A stretch of DNA of 64,000 bases from Aeromicrobium sp. (lineage in GTDB: Bacteria; Actinomycetota; Actinomycetes; Propionibacteriales; Nocardioidaceae), in contig JACMOZ010000268.1 of the NCBI GenBank assembly GCA_014377785.1, forward strand, positions 5,424 through 69,423. Direction: 5' to 3'. The notes beneath the pieces were generated by a model. That model searched no databases, was not told the origin of the DNA, and worked only from the letters and a program-made list of their open reading frames with translations. Shown here piece by piece: positions 29,073 through 39,063 of the stretch. Position 1 is the first letter of the stretch; each line of letters starts with the position of its first letter. A program made the position numbers and the translations under genes.

Positions 29073-30139
29073 CGATCCACGCCGAGCGACGCAACAGTCT
29101 CGCCGCCACGCTGCAGGAACGGGACCTGGCCGGTGCTTTCATCGGCAACCTCATCAATGTCCGCTACCTGACCGGTTTCACCGGCTCGAACGGCGCACTC
29201 TGGCTGAACTCCGAAGGCAGTGCTGTGTTTCTCACAGACGGCCGCTACAAAGACCAGGCCGCCGACGAAGTCATCGGCATCGAGCATGAGATCACCCGCG
29301 AACTGACCAAACAATCCGCCGCTCGGATGCAGTCGGGGCAATGGGCGGTCGAGACCCATGCGCTCAGCGTCGACGCCTATGCCCTGCTCGCCGAGGCTAC
29401 GCCGGGAGCGACGCTGGTGTCGCTGCAGCGCCGCGTCGAGCAATTGCGCGAAGTCAAGGACGAGACCGAAATCGAAACGCTTCGCCGGGCTTGTGCGTTG
29501 TCAACCCGCGCACTCGAGGGGCTGATCGCCGGACCGCTCGTCGGCCGCAGCGAGCGAGACATTGCCCGAGATCTGGAGAGCCGAATGTATGAACTCGGTG
29601 CCGAGGCGATTGCGTTCGACACGATTCTGGCCACCGGCCCAAACTCGGCGATCCCGCATCATGCACCGACCGATCGACTCGTCGAAACCGGCGACCTGCT
29701 CAAGATGGACTTCGGTGCCCGCGTCGACGGTTATCACGCCGACTGCACGCGTACGTTCGTCGCCGGCAAGGCCGCGGACTGGCAACGGGAGATTTACACG
29801 GCCGTCCAGGAGGCGCAAGCCGCGGGCCTCGACCAACTCCGTGACGGCATACCAGTCGCGAAGTCACTGGAGTCAGTTCGAAAAGTCTTGGAAAGTGCTG
29901 GCTGGCTCGAAAGCTTCACGACCGGGCTCGGTCATGGAGTGGGACTTCAGATACACGAGGACCCGTTCATAACCAATCGCGACGCAGGTAAGATGGAGCC
30001 CCGCACCGTCATGACCATGGAACCGGGTATCTACTTGCCGGGTCGTGGGGGAGTGCGAATCGAAGACACTGTTGTCGTGACGTCGGGGGCCCCCGAGGTA
30101 CTCACCATGATGACCAAAGATCTGTTGGAGCTCGCCTGA
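29069..30139 (+). CDS. M24 family Xaa-Pro aminopeptidase/dipeptidase
   Basis: 356 aa with a creatinase-like N-domain plus a pita-bread fold carrying metal ligands ([31 protein letters not shown]). Confidence 0.9.
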   Translation: MTIHAERRNSLAATLQERDLAGAFIGNLINVRYLTGFTGSNGALWLNSEGSAVFLTDGRYKDQAADEVIGIEHEITRELTKQSAARMQSGQWAVETHALSVDAYALLAEATPGATLVSLQRRVEQLREVKDETEIETLRRACALSTRALEGLIAGPLVGRSERDIARDLESRMYELGAEAIAFDTILATGPNSAIPHHAPTDRLVETGDLLKMDFGARVDGYHADCTRTFVAGKAADWQREIYTAVQEAQAAGLDQLRDGIPVAKSLESVRKVLESAGWLESFTTGLGHGVGLQIHEDPFITNRDAGKMEPRTVMTMEPGIYLPGRGGVRIEDTVVVTSGAPEVLTMMTKDLLELA

Positions 30140-30702
30140 TGGCAACCACGAACGACATCAAGAACGGTATGGTCCTCGACCTCGACGGACAGTTGTGGTC
30201 GGTGATCTGGTTCCAGCACCACAAGCCCGGCAAAGGTGGTGCGATGGTCAAGACGACGCTCAAGAACGTGTTGAGCGGCAAAACCGTCGACAAGACTTTC
30301 AACTCCGGGCTGAAGATCGAGACGGCCAATGTCGACAAGCGCGACATGCAATACCTTTATCACGACGGCGACAGCTACGTGTTCATGGACACCGCGACGT
30401 ATGACCAGTTGAACATCTCCGAAGCGACAGTTGGCGGCGCGAAGGACTTCCTTCTCGAAAACCAGGAAGCCATGGTCGCGATGCACGAAGGCCTGCCGCT
30501 CTACATCGAACTTCCCGCCTCGGTCGAACTCCTCATCGACTACACCGAACCGGGCCTCCAGGGTGACCGTTCCAGCGGTGGCACCAAGCCCGCCAAACTC
30601 GAGACTGGCCGCGAGATTCAGGTGCCGCTTTTTATCACGAACGGCGAAAAGGTCAAGGTCGACACTCGTGACGGCAGCTATCTCGGTCGCGTGCAAGCCT
30701 GA
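30139..30702 (+). CDS. efp: Elongation factor P
   Basis: 187 aa starting [13 protein letters not shown], with the KPGKGGA loop. Start/stop coupled on both sides. Confidence 0.96.
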   Translation: MATTNDIKNGMVLDLDGQLWSVIWFQHHKPGKGGAMVKTTLKNVLSGKTVDKTFNSGLKIETANVDKRDMQYLYHDGDSYVFMDTATYDQLNISEATVGGAKDFLLENQEAMVAMHEGLPLYIELPASVELLIDYTEPGLQGDRSSGGTKPAKLETGREIQVPLFITNGEKVKVDTRDGSYLGRVQA

Positions 30703-31112
30703 TGGCTGCACGCACCAAGGCACGCAAACGGGCACTGGACATCCTGTTCGAATGTGAACTCCAGAGCATTCCGCTCGGTCAGACGCTGGCCGCTCGCCGG
30801 CTCGCCGGCGATCCTCCCGTCAACGACTACACGGTGACGCTGGTCGAAGGTGTTGTGGCCGAACAAACGCGCATCGACGACCTGTTGACCGAGAACTCTG
30901 TGGGCTGGACCTTGGGCCGTATGCCCGGCGTCGACCGCAATCTGCTGCGCATCGGTGCCTACGAGATTCTCTACGTTGACGATGTGCCCGATCCGGTCGC
31001 CGTCAGCGAAGCCGTCAACCTCGCGAGGGACTTGTCCACCGAGGAAAGCCCGGCGTTCATCAACGGCCTTCTCTCCAAACTCATCCAGCTCAAACCCACC
31101 CTCACCAGTTAA
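30702..31112 (+). CDS. nusB: Transcription antitermination factor NusB
   Basis: 136 aa beginning RTKARKRALDILFE, with the NusB helical fold signature (VAVSEAVNLARDLSTEESPAFINGLL). Confidence 0.94.
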   Translation: MAARTKARKRALDILFECELQSIPLGQTLAARRLAGDPPVNDYTVTLVEGVVAEQTRIDDLLTENSVGWTLGRMPGVDRNLLRIGAYEILYVDDVPDPVAVSEAVNLARDLSTEESPAFINGLLSKLIQLKPTLTS

Positions 31113-31242
31113 TATGTTTCCCAGCAGGTCTGTGATAAGTCCGCTCGGCCGGCTCGCCGTTCCTCTCGGGTCCGCTGCGTAGGATGGGACATTGCAGTAG
31201 CGTGATGCAACAGACGATGGCCAAAATGAAAAGAGGATGTGT

Positions 31243-31899
31243 ATGGGCGGACTTTCTTTCTTCGAATACCTCAAGACATTCCGATCCCAACTCATTTTCG
31301 ACACCGAGCAACATCTGCTCCTGTCTGTCTATGTGATCGCATGTGCCGCAGCCTTGGGGCTGGTCATCGCGATCCTCGTTTACCGTTCCGACTTTGCCTC
31401 GACGGCAGCCGTCAGCACGTCGTCAGTCATGTTCACGCTGCCATCGATCGCCCTGTTCGGGCTGATGATTCCGATCACCGGACTCGGGCTGCAGACGGCT
31501 TTTCCCATCCTCGTCCTGTATGCATTGCTTCCGATCATCCGGAATGCCGTGGTGGGCCTGCAGGGTGTCGACGCCGACATGATCGACGCGGCGCGGGGCT
31601 TGGGTATGGCCCGGTCGCGGATCCTGCTCCAGATCGAGTTGCCCATCGCGTGGCCGGTGATCCTGACCGGCATCAGGGTCGCCGCGCAGTTGACCGTCGG
31701 CATCGTCGTGATCGCCGCATACGTCAGGGGGCCGGGACTCGGTGAAGGAATCTTGCACGCGCTGTCGGCTCTCGGGTCGGTGAACACTTTCAACGAGGCG
31801 GTGGCTGGAACGATCCTGGTCATCCTGCTCGCTCTCGTGCTCGATCTTGCTTTCGTGCTCATCCGCAAATTCACCACCCCGAGGGGGCTCCGTGACTGA
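31243..31899 (+). CDS. Osmoprotectant (glycine betaine/choline type) ABC transporter permease
   Basis: BPD-type permease with an EAA-like loop (DADMIDAARGLGMARSRILLQIELP). ATG 31243 lies 6 nt after AAGAGG; ATG 31237 is an alternative. Confidence 0.88.
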   Translation: MGGLSFFEYLKTFRSQLIFDTEQHLLLSVYVIACAAALGLVIAILVYRSDFASTAAVSTSSVMFTLPSIALFGLMIPITGLGLQTAFPILVLYALLPIIRNAVVGLQGVDADMIDAARGLGMARSRILLQIELPIAWPVILTGIRVAAQLTVGIVVIAAYVRGPGLGEGILHALSALGSVNTFNEAVAGTILVILLALVLDLAFVLIRKFTTPRGLRD

Positions 31900-32959
31900 C
31901 TCGATTCTCACGACATCCACACCTGCCGAAGTTGACAGCACGCGGGCACGAGGTGTTCCCATCGTCCTCGAGAGCGTCACCAAGAAGTATCCGGACACTG
32001 AGAAACCTGCCGTTGATTCGCTGAGCCTGGAGATCCCGGCCGGCGAGATCGTGGTGCTGGTAGGGCCTTCGGGCTGCGGCAAGACAACGACCATGCGGAT
32101 GATCAACCGCCTGATCGAGCCGACTTCGGGCAGTATCACTATTGACGGCCAGGACGTGCTTTCCCTCAATGATGTCAAACTCCGACGTACCATCGGCTAC
32201 GTCATCCAGCAGGTCGGCCTGTTCCCACACCTGACGATCGCCCAAAACGTGGCGCTTGTGCCCAAGATGCTCAAATGGCCCAAGAGCCAGATTCACGACC
32301 GCGTCGACGAGATGCTCGTATTGGTCGGTCTCGAACCGAACGACTACCGACACCGCTATCCGCGGCAGCTTTCCGGCGGTCAGCAGCAGCGAGTCGGTGT
32401 GGCGCGTGCGTTGGCGGCCGACCCGCCGATCATGTTGATGGACGAGCCCTTCGGGGCGGTGGACCCGATCACCCGTGGACGTCTGCAGGATGAGTTTTTG
32501 TCCCTCCAGGAGGATCTGGGGAAGACGATAGTGTTCGTTACCCACGACTTCGACGAAGCCATCAAGCTCGGCGACAGGATTGCGATCCTGCGCGAAGGCT
32601 CGGCAATAGCCCAGTATGCGACGCCCAGCGAGATCCTCGCCAATCCGGCCGATGAGTTCGTCGAGGGTTTCATCGGACGCGGCGCGACGCTGAAGCGGCT
32701 CGCACTCGTGCGGCTGTCCGAGATGGATCTTCGTCCGGCGGCAGCGGCGGGCCGCGATCCCTTGGCGATTTCGATCAAGGCGACATTGAACGACGTTCTC
32801 GACATGATGCTTGGACAAGGACATGACACGTTGGCGGTCGTACGACGGGGCACTGTCGTTGGAAGCATCACCCTCGACGACCTGCTGTCCCGGGTTCGTG
32901 AGCTCCGCGAGGAGTCTGACGGCGTGCCGGGCGCCGGCCCCGAGGAGGGCCTGACGTGA
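31892..32959 (+). CDS. Osmoprotectant ABC transporter ATP-binding protein with C-terminal CBS pair
   Basis: Walker A GPSGCGKTT, signature LSGGQQQRV, Walker B MLMDEPF and a CBS-like C-terminus. GTG 31892 overlaps the permease stop by 8 nt. Confidence 0.9.
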   Translation: MTDSILTTSTPAEVDSTRARGVPIVLESVTKKYPDTEKPAVDSLSLEIPAGEIVVLVGPSGCGKTTTMRMINRLIEPTSGSITIDGQDVLSLNDVKLRRTIGYVIQQVGLFPHLTIAQNVALVPKMLKWPKSQIHDRVDEMLVLVGLEPNDYRHRYPRQLSGGQQQRVGVARALAADPPIMLMDEPFGAVDPITRGRLQDEFLSLQEDLGKTIVFVTHDFDEAIKLGDRIAILREGSAIAQYATPSEILANPADEFVEGFIGRGATLKRLALVRLSEMDLRPAAAAGRDPLAISIKATLNDVLDMMLGQGHDTLAVVRRGTVVGSITLDDLLSRVRELREESDGVPGAGPEEGLT

Positions 32960-33771
32960 GCGATGCCGTTGGCGTGAATCGCCGGAACGACGGCATTCGG
33001 GACGCGCCCCAGATGGAGATGACGCCCGGCGCCAGGCGAGCCGGGCAGTCGGTCTTCACCTGGACCGACTTGCTGGTGCCGCTGCTGTGCGCCGCCGCTG
33101 TCGGCGCCTACGCGTCCTATCTTGCCACCGCCAATCTCGACTCGATCGTGCAGAAGGCCGTCGAACCGGGCGCGGTCTTGAGGCAGACCCTTGATCACTT
33201 GCAGATCAGCCTGCTCGTCGCAGTGCTCGTTATGGCCATAGCCGTACCACTCGGAGTCCTCGTCACGCGGCGGCCGTTCCAGTGGGTTTCTCCGGGTATC
33301 CTCGCCGTCGCGAATGCCGGACAGGCTGCACCCAGCGTCGGACTGCTCGCGATCATCGGCATCTTCTACATCGGATTGTGGGCGGTGGTCGCGATACTCA
33401 CGTTGTATAGCGTTCTCCCGGTGCTTCGCAACACGATCGTCGGGTTGCAGCAAGTCGACGCCGGCGTGAAAGACGCCGCCCGTGGGATGGGTATGTCGGG
33501 AGCCGGTATTCTCTTTCGGGTCGAACTTCCGCTCGCGATCCCCATCATCGGAGCCGGCGCGCGCACGGCCCTGGTGCTGGCCGTCGCCACCGTGGCCTTC
33601 GGCGACTACATCGGTGCCGGTGGGCTCGGGGGTCTGTTGTTCGGAAGCATCAAGCTCGGTCGCAACGAGGTACTCGTGCTGGCCAGTCTCTTGATCGCCG
33701 TACTCGCACTCCTCGTCGACTGGGCCGCTGGTTTGATCCAGCGAGGGTTCACGCCGCGCGGCATCCGCTAG
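32956..33771 (+). CDS. Osmoprotectant ABC transporter permease (second subunit)
   Basis: BPD-type permease with an EAA loop (DAGVKDAARGMGMSGAGILFRVELP). GTGA overlap with the ATPase gene. Confidence 0.88.
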   Translation: MSDAVGVNRRNDGIRDAPQMEMTPGARRAGQSVFTWTDLLVPLLCAAAVGAYASYLATANLDSIVQKAVEPGAVLRQTLDHLQISLLVAVLVMAIAVPLGVLVTRRPFQWVSPGILAVANAGQAAPSVGLLAIIGIFYIGLWAVVAILTLYSVLPVLRNTIVGLQQVDAGVKDAARGMGMSGAGILFRVELPLAIPIIGAGARTALVLAVATVAFGDYIGAGGLGGLLFGSIKLGRNEVLVLASLLIAVLALLVDWAAGLIQRGFTPRGIR

Positions 33772-33809
33772 ACCTGCACATACCTGATAGACAATGGAAA
33801 GGCACGACC

Positions 33810-34796
33810 ATGAAGATTTCGACCTTGAAGATGCTTCGACACCGAACATCACTGACCGCCGGCGCCGCCGTGATTGCTCTCATTTTGGGGGGCTGTGGCC
33901 TCGGGGCGAGTAACGACGGCGGCGGCAAGAGCATCAAGGCCGGATCTGTCGATCCGGCAGCACTGAAGGGCGCGAGCCTGGTGGTTGGTTCGAAGGATTT
34001 CGACGAGCAACTTCTGCTCGGCCAGCTGACCATTCAGATGCTGCGAGCTGCCGGGGCCACTGTCAGCGACAAGACAAACATCCAGGGCAGCACGGCAACC
34101 CGCAATGCTCTGAAGTCCAGCAAGATAGACGTCTACTGGGACTACAACGGGACCGGCTGGATCACCTATCTTGGCCATGACACCCCGATTCAGGATCCGC
34201 AAGCGCAGTTCGACGCGGTCAAAGCTGAAGACTTGTCGAAGAACGGCCTTGTCTGGGGCAATCCGGCGCCGTTCAACAACACGTACGCGTTCGCCACGAC
34301 GGATGAGTTCGCCGAGAAAAACAATCTCCAGACGATGTCCGACATGGCAAAATACGTCAACAGTAATGCCGACGCCACAATTTGCGTGGAGAGCGAGTTC
34401 GCCGGCCGGCCCGACGGCTACTCCGGCGTCGTGAAGACCTATGGGATGAACGTGGAGGGCAAGACCAAGAAGCTGGGCACCGGCGTGATCTACACCCAGA
34501 CCGACAAGGGCGCATGCGACTTCGGCGAAGTTTTCACCACCGATGGACGGATCGCAACCCTTGGGCTGAAAGCATTGGAGGACGACAAGAAGTTCTTCCC
34601 GCTCTACAACGGTGCGGTCGTGTTGCGTGAAGACACCGCGAAGAAGTACCCGGCGATCCTTGAGGTGCTCAAGCCGCTCAGCGACATACTCACCACTGAC
34701 GCCATGGCTAAGCTCAATGCCAAGGTCAGCTCAGATGGGCTCCCGCCGGAGCAGGTTGCCGAGACGTTCCTGAAGGACGAGGGCTTCATCAAGTAA
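33810..34796 (+). CDS. Glycine betaine/osmoprotectant ABC transporter substrate-binding lipoprotein
   Basis: Signal peptide with lipobox LILGG-C. The fold is OpuAC/OpuCC-like (DVYWDYNGTGW; FPLYNGAVVLRED). Confidence 0.88.
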   Translation: MKISTLKMLRHRTSLTAGAAVIALILGGCGLGASNDGGGKSIKAGSVDPAALKGASLVVGSKDFDEQLLLGQLTIQMLRAAGATVSDKTNIQGSTATRNALKSSKIDVYWDYNGTGWITYLGHDTPIQDPQAQFDAVKAEDLSKNGLVWGNPAPFNNTYAFATTDEFAEKNNLQTMSDMAKYVNSNADATICVESEFAGRPDGYSGVVKTYGMNVEGKTKKLGTGVIYTQTDKGACDFGEVFTTDGRIATLGLKALEDDKKFFPLYNGAVVLREDTAKKYPAILEVLKPLSDILTTDAMAKLNAKVSSDGLPPEQVAETFLKDEGFIK

Positions 34797-34812
34797 TCCC
34801 TGCCAACCAGCC

Positions 34813-34928
34813 CTGGGGGTTTCCCACGAGGCCTCGGCAAGCTGTCATGTCACGGGGGAAACTTCCCGCGTGGTGTGACAGTTTGCCGCGGTGCGTATGC
34901 CGTTGCGATCTTCTGGGAAACTTGTGAC
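34813..34928. repeat. Composite cluster of type 2 repeat units (GTTTCCC / GGGAAAC cores) between the opu operon and pyrR
   Basis: The units are CTGGGGGTTTCCCACGAG (34813-34830), GTCACGGGGGAAACTTCCC (34849-34867), GTGACAGTTTGCC (34875-34887) and CTGGGAAACTTGTGAC (34913-34928). The last is an exact reverse complement of 26170-26185. Confidence 0.65.
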
Positions 34929-35020
34929 GGGGGAGGCGAACGGGGTCAGGAACACGTTGGCCGTCCGCAAACTGGCGGGCGGCGTCGGGTAGACTCGCCG
35001 ACGAACGACATCCTTTAACC

Positions 35021-35046
35021 ACCGTCCAGTGAGGCGGAGAAGGAGG
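35021..35046 (+). promoter_or_regulatory. Candidate PyrR-binding RNA loop overlapping the pyrR Shine-Dalgarno
   Basis: ACCGTCCAGTGAGGCGGAGAAGGAGG contains UCCAG-N-GAGGC, close to the PyrR binding-loop consensus (A/G)UCCAGAGAGG(C/U). It runs directly into AGGAGG, 6 nt before pyrR ATG 35053. Confidence 0.6.
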
Positions 35047-35052
35047 TCACCT

Positions 35053-35670
35053 ATGGTCCCGCCCAGCGGTTCCCCGGTGCCTGGCTACGACCAATCGACG
35101 GCGCGCACAGTCCTTGACGATGGGGACATCGCCCGCGCATTGGTGCGCATCACCCACGAAATCCTCGAACGTAACCGCGGTTCGGCCGATGTGATCCTTC
35201 TCGGCATACCGACCAGGGGGGTTCAGATAGCCAAGAGGATCGCCGCCCGTATGGGCGAAGTCGAGGGCCGCACCATCACCGCCGGTGCGCTCGACATCAC
35301 GATGTACCGCGACGATCTGAGATCGAAACCGGCCCGGCCGCTCGAACACACAGACATCCCCGACGACATCGAAGACAAAATAGTCGTGCTCGTCGATGAC
35401 GTGCTGTTCTCCGGGCGGACAATCCGGGCGGCTCTCGATGCGCTCACCGAACTCGGCCGCCCACGCGCCGTGCAACTCGCCGTCCTGATCGACCGCGGAC
35501 ACCGCGAACTCCCGATTCGCGCCGATTATGTCGGCAAGAACCTGCCGACCTCGCTCGCCGAAAAGGTCAAGGTCAGCGTGCAGGAAACCGACGGCAGCGA
35601 CAGCGTCACCATCTATGGAGGCACTGGCGGAGGCACTGCTGGTGGCATTGGATTGGGGGAGGACACGTGA
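35053..35670 (+). CDS. pyrR: Bifunctional pyrimidine operon regulator / uracil phosphoribosyltransferase PyrR
   Basis: PRTase motif [17 protein letters not shown] is present and the gene is first in the pyr operon. ATG 35053 has a strong AGGAGG upstream; the track start at GTG 35029 lies inside the leader. Confidence 0.93.
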   Translation: MVPPSGSPVPGYDQSTARTVLDDGDIARALVRITHEILERNRGSADVILLGIPTRGVQIAKRIAARMGEVEGRTITAGALDITMYRDDLRSKPARPLEHTDIPDDIEDKIVVLVDDVLFSGRTIRAALDALTELGRPRAVQLAVLIDRGHRELPIRADYVGKNLPTSLAEKVKVSVQETDGSDSVTIYGGTGGGTAGGIGLGEDT

Positions 35671-36623
35671 TCAAACATTTGCTGAGCGCCGGCGACCTCA
35701 ACAAGGAGGACGCCATCTCGATCCTCGACACCGCGGAGGAAATGCTCTCGATTGCGAGCCGGCCGATCAAAAAACTCCCGACCTTGCGCGGCCGCACCGT
35801 GGTCAACCTTTTCTTCGAGGATTCGACCCGCACCCGCATCTCTTTCGAGGCTGCGGCTAAGAGGCTTTCCGCCGATGTCATCAACTTCTCGGCCAAGGGT
35901 TCGAGTACTTCCAAGGGCGAAGGGCTCAAGGACACCGCACTGACATTGCAGGCGATGGGGGCCGATGCCGTTATCGTCCGGCACCACCATTCGGGTGCCC
36001 CGCATCGTCTGGCCCACGCCAAGTGGACCAAGGGTGTCGTCATCAATGCCGGTGACGGCACGCACGAGCACCCGACGCAGGCGCTGCTCGATGCGTTCAC
36101 GATGCGCCGCCATCTCGGTGACATCGAGGGCAAAAACGTCACCATCGTCGGCGACGTCCTTCACAGCAGGGTTGCCCGCTCCAACGTGCTTCTACTCCAT
36201 ACGCTCGGCGCCAATGTCACGCTCGTCGCGCCGCCAACGCTTCTGCCTGTCGGCATCGAGCAGTGGCCCGTTGAGACGTCATACAGTCTGGACGACTCGC
36301 TCGAAAAGGCCGATGCTGTCATGATGTTGCGAGTCCAGCAAGAACGCATGAATGACGCATTCTTCCCGAGTGCCCGCGAATACAGCCGCCGTTATGGCCT
36401 TGACGCCGCCCGGATGAATCGCCTGCCCCAAGATGCCATCGTGATGCACCCGGGCCCGATGAATCGCGGCATGGAAATCACCGCCGACGTCGCCGACCAC
36501 GAACGCTCGGTCATCGTCGAGCAAGTCACCAATGGTGTGGCCGTGCGCATGGCCGTGCTCTACCTGTTGCTCAGCGGCACCACCGAAGAGACAGAAGACC
36601 CCATGGCTAAGGACAGTGCATGA
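35667..36623 (+). CDS. pyrB: Aspartate carbamoyltransferase catalytic subunit
   Basis: Motifs [21 protein letters not shown] and HPGP are present. GTGA overlap with pyrR. Confidence 0.96.
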   Translation: MIKHLLSAGDLNKEDAISILDTAEEMLSIASRPIKKLPTLRGRTVVNLFFEDSTRTRISFEAAAKRLSADVINFSAKGSSTSKGEGLKDTALTLQAMGADAVIVRHHHSGAPHRLAHAKWTKGVVINAGDGTHEHPTQALLDAFTMRRHLGDIEGKNVTIVGDVLHSRVARSNVLLLHTLGANVTLVAPPTLLPVGIEQWPVETSYSLDDSLEKADAVMMLRVQQERMNDAFFPSAREYSRRYGLDAARMNRLPQDAIVMHPGPMNRGMEITADVADHERSVIVEQVTNGVAVRMAVLYLLLSGTTEETEDPMAKDSA

Positions 36624-37933
36624 GCAACTACGTGATCCGCAATGTCCGACTTCTCGGCGACGCCGTCGTCGACATCGCGATCGACAACGGACTGATCTCG
36701 GCGATCGGCACAGGGCTCGATGTCGCCAAACAAATTAAGCAGGGCGCGACCGAAATTCCCGCGGACAACCTGATCGCTCTCCCCGGCCTCGTGGACCTGC
36801 ATACCCACGTGCGCGAGCCCGGTCGCGAAGACGCCGAGACGGTGCTGACCGGTTCGCGTGCCGCGGCCCGTGGGGGCTTCACCTGCATCCACGCGATGGC
36901 CAACACCGATCCGGTGGCTGACACCGCCGGCGTCGTCGAGCAGGTATGGCGACTCGGCCGCGAAGGCGGCTACTGCGATGTGCAGCCCGTCGGTGCGGTG
37001 ACGCTCGGACTCGCAGGGGAGCGGCTCGCCGAACTCGGCGCGATGGCCGACTCCGCCGCCTGCGTCCGGGTGTTCTCTGACGACGGCAAATGTGTCTCCG
37101 ATGCGGTCCTGATGCGCCGGGCGCTGGAGTATGTCAAGGCTTTCGACGGCGTCATCGCTCAGCACGCCCAGGAGCCGCGGCTCACCGAGAACGCGCAAAT
37201 GAACGAAGGCCCGCTGTCGGGCGAACTGGGCCTCACCGGTTGGCCCGCCGTTGCCGAGGAAGCGATAGTCGCCCGAGACGTGCTGCTCGCCGAACATGTC
37301 GGTTCGCGACTGCACGTGTGCCACGTGTCGACGCGGGGTTCGGTGGAAATCGTGCGCTGGGCCAAGAGTCGCGGCATCAACGTCACCGCCGAAGTCACTC
37401 CGCATCACCTGCTGCTTACCGATGACCTCGTGCGCAGCTACGACCCGATCTACAAAGTCAATCCGCCGCTGCGTTCGGCCGACGATGTTGCCGCAGTTCG
37501 CGAGGGTCTCGCCGACGGCACTATCGACATTGTCGCAACCGACCATGCGCCGCACCCGATGGAGGACAAGGAATGTGAATGGTCGGCCGCGGCCTTCGGC
37601 ATGCTCGGCCTCGAAACCGCGCTGTCGGTCGTGCAGCAAACCATGGTCGACACGGACAGGTTCACGTGGGCGCAGGTCGCCGACGCAATGTCGGCCAAGC
37701 CGGCCGACATCGGTCGCGTCTCCAATCAGGGGCGTCCGCTTGCGGTCGGGGAACCGGCCAACATAGTGCTTTATGACCCGGCGGCCACGCGCCTCATCAA
37801 GGCCCATGAGACGGCTTCGCTTTCGCGCAACAACCCCTATGCCGGTCTGACCCTCCCGGGCAAGGTCGTGGCGACGTTCCTGCGCGGCAATCCGACCGTC
37901 CTCAATTCCGAGCTCGCAAAGGCTTCCGTATGA
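36620..37933 (+). CDS. pyrC: Dihydroorotase
   Basis: 437-aa amidohydrolase fold with [10 protein letters not shown] and VATDHAPH motifs. ATGA overlap with pyrB. Confidence 0.95.
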   Translation: MSNYVIRNVRLLGDAVVDIAIDNGLISAIGTGLDVAKQIKQGATEIPADNLIALPGLVDLHTHVREPGREDAETVLTGSRAAARGGFTCIHAMANTDPVADTAGVVEQVWRLGREGGYCDVQPVGAVTLGLAGERLAELGAMADSAACVRVFSDDGKCVSDAVLMRRALEYVKAFDGVIAQHAQEPRLTENAQMNEGPLSGELGLTGWPAVAEEAIVARDVLLAEHVGSRLHVCHVSTRGSVEIVRWAKSRGINVTAEVTPHHLLLTDDLVRSYDPIYKVNPPLRSADDVAAVREGLADGTIDIVATDHAPHPMEDKECEWSAAAFGMLGLETALSVVQQTMVDTDRFTWAQVADAMSAKPADIGRVSNQGRPLAVGEPANIVLYDPAATRLIKAHETASLSRNNPYAGLTLPGKVVATFLRGNPTVLNSELAKASV

Positions 37934-39063
37934 CGCAGCGCAATTTACCCGGGCAAGCCATCCTCGTGCTCGAAGACGGCCGCCTGTTCCGCGGCGAGTC
38001 CTACGGCGCCATCGGCCAGACTGTTGGCGAGGCGGTGTTTTCGACCGGCATGACCGGTTATCAGGAAACCCTGACCGACCCGTCCTACCGCCGTCAGATC
38101 GTCGTGATGACGGCCCCGCACATCGGAAACACCGGTGTCAACAACGAAGACAGCGAGTCTCAGCAGATCTGGGTCGCCGGCTACGTGGTTCGAGACCCTG
38201 CGCGAGTGCCCAGCAACTGGCGCGCAACGCGCTCCCTCAACGAAGAACTCGTCGCTCAGGGCATCGTCGGGATCAGCGGGATCGATACCCGTGCGCTGAC
38301 CCGGCACTTGCGCGAACGCGGCTCGATGAGAGTTGGCATCAGTTCGGTCTCCGACAACGTCGAGGCGCTGCTGGCCATCGTGAAGGGATCGCCGGAAATG
38401 GCCGGTGCCGACCTGATGGACGAAGTGACCACGGCCGAGCCCTACGTCGTCCCGGCAATCGGTGACAAGAGATTCGTCGTCGTCGCGGTCGACCTCGGCA
38501 TCAAGGGCATGACCCCCCAGCGCCTGGCCGAACGTGGCATCGAGGTGCATATTTTGCCGGCGACAGCGACCATCGAGGACATCGAAGCGGTCAAACCCGA
38601 TGGCGTCTTTTTTTCCAACGGGCCCGGCGACCCCGGCACGGCCGATCGATCGGTTGCGCTTCTCAAAGAGGTACTCGACAAACGCATTCCCTATTTCGGG
38701 ATTTGCTTCGGCAACCAGATTTTCGGCCGCGCGCTCGGCCTCGGCACCTTCAAGCTCAAATACGGTCACCGCGGCATCAATCAGCCGGTCCAGGATCTAA
38801 CGACCGGCAGGGTCGAGATCACCAGCCACAATCATGGTTTCGCAGTCGATGCTCCGATCGAGGGCACCTTCGAGACGCCATACGGCCCGGGCCGGGTGAC
38901 CCACGTCGGTCTCAACGACCAGGTTGTCGAGGGACTCGCCCTCCTCGAAGCGCCTGCCTTCAGCGTCCAATATCACCCCGAAGCCGCGGCCGGACCCCAC
39001 GACGCCGCCTACCTTTTTGATCGTTTCGTCGACCTGATGAACAACTCGAAAGTGACTGCCTGA
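37930..39063 (+). CDS. carA: Carbamoyl-phosphate synthase small (glutaminase) subunit
   Basis: 377 aa with the triad region GICFGNQ and HNHG..QYHPE. Confidence 0.96.
   Translation: MTQRNLPGQAILVLEDGRLFRGESYGAIGQTVGEAVFSTGMTGYQETLTDPSYRRQIVVMTAPHIGNTGVNNEDSESQQIWVAGYVVRDPARVPSNWRATRSLNEELVAQGIVGISGIDTRALTRHLRERGSMRVGISSVSDNVEALLAIVKGSPEMAGADLMDEVTTAEPYVVPAIGDKRFVVVAVDLGIKGMTPQRLAERGIEVHILPATATIEDIEAVKPDGVFFSNGPGDPGTADRSVALLKEVLDKRIPYFGICFGNQIFGRALGLGTFKLKYGHRGINQPVQDLTTGRVEITSHNHGFAVDAPIEGTFETPYGPGRVTHVGLNDQVVEGLALLEAPAFSVQYHPEAAAGPHDAAYLFDRFVDLMNNSKVTA

Noticed and set aside
31113-31242. A c-di-AMP (ydaO-type) or other osmoprotectant-linked riboswitch upstream of the opu ABC operon.
   Set aside because: The 124-nt gap lacks the conserved ydaO blocks and pseudo-two-fold architecture, and I could find no convincing conserved structure by eye.
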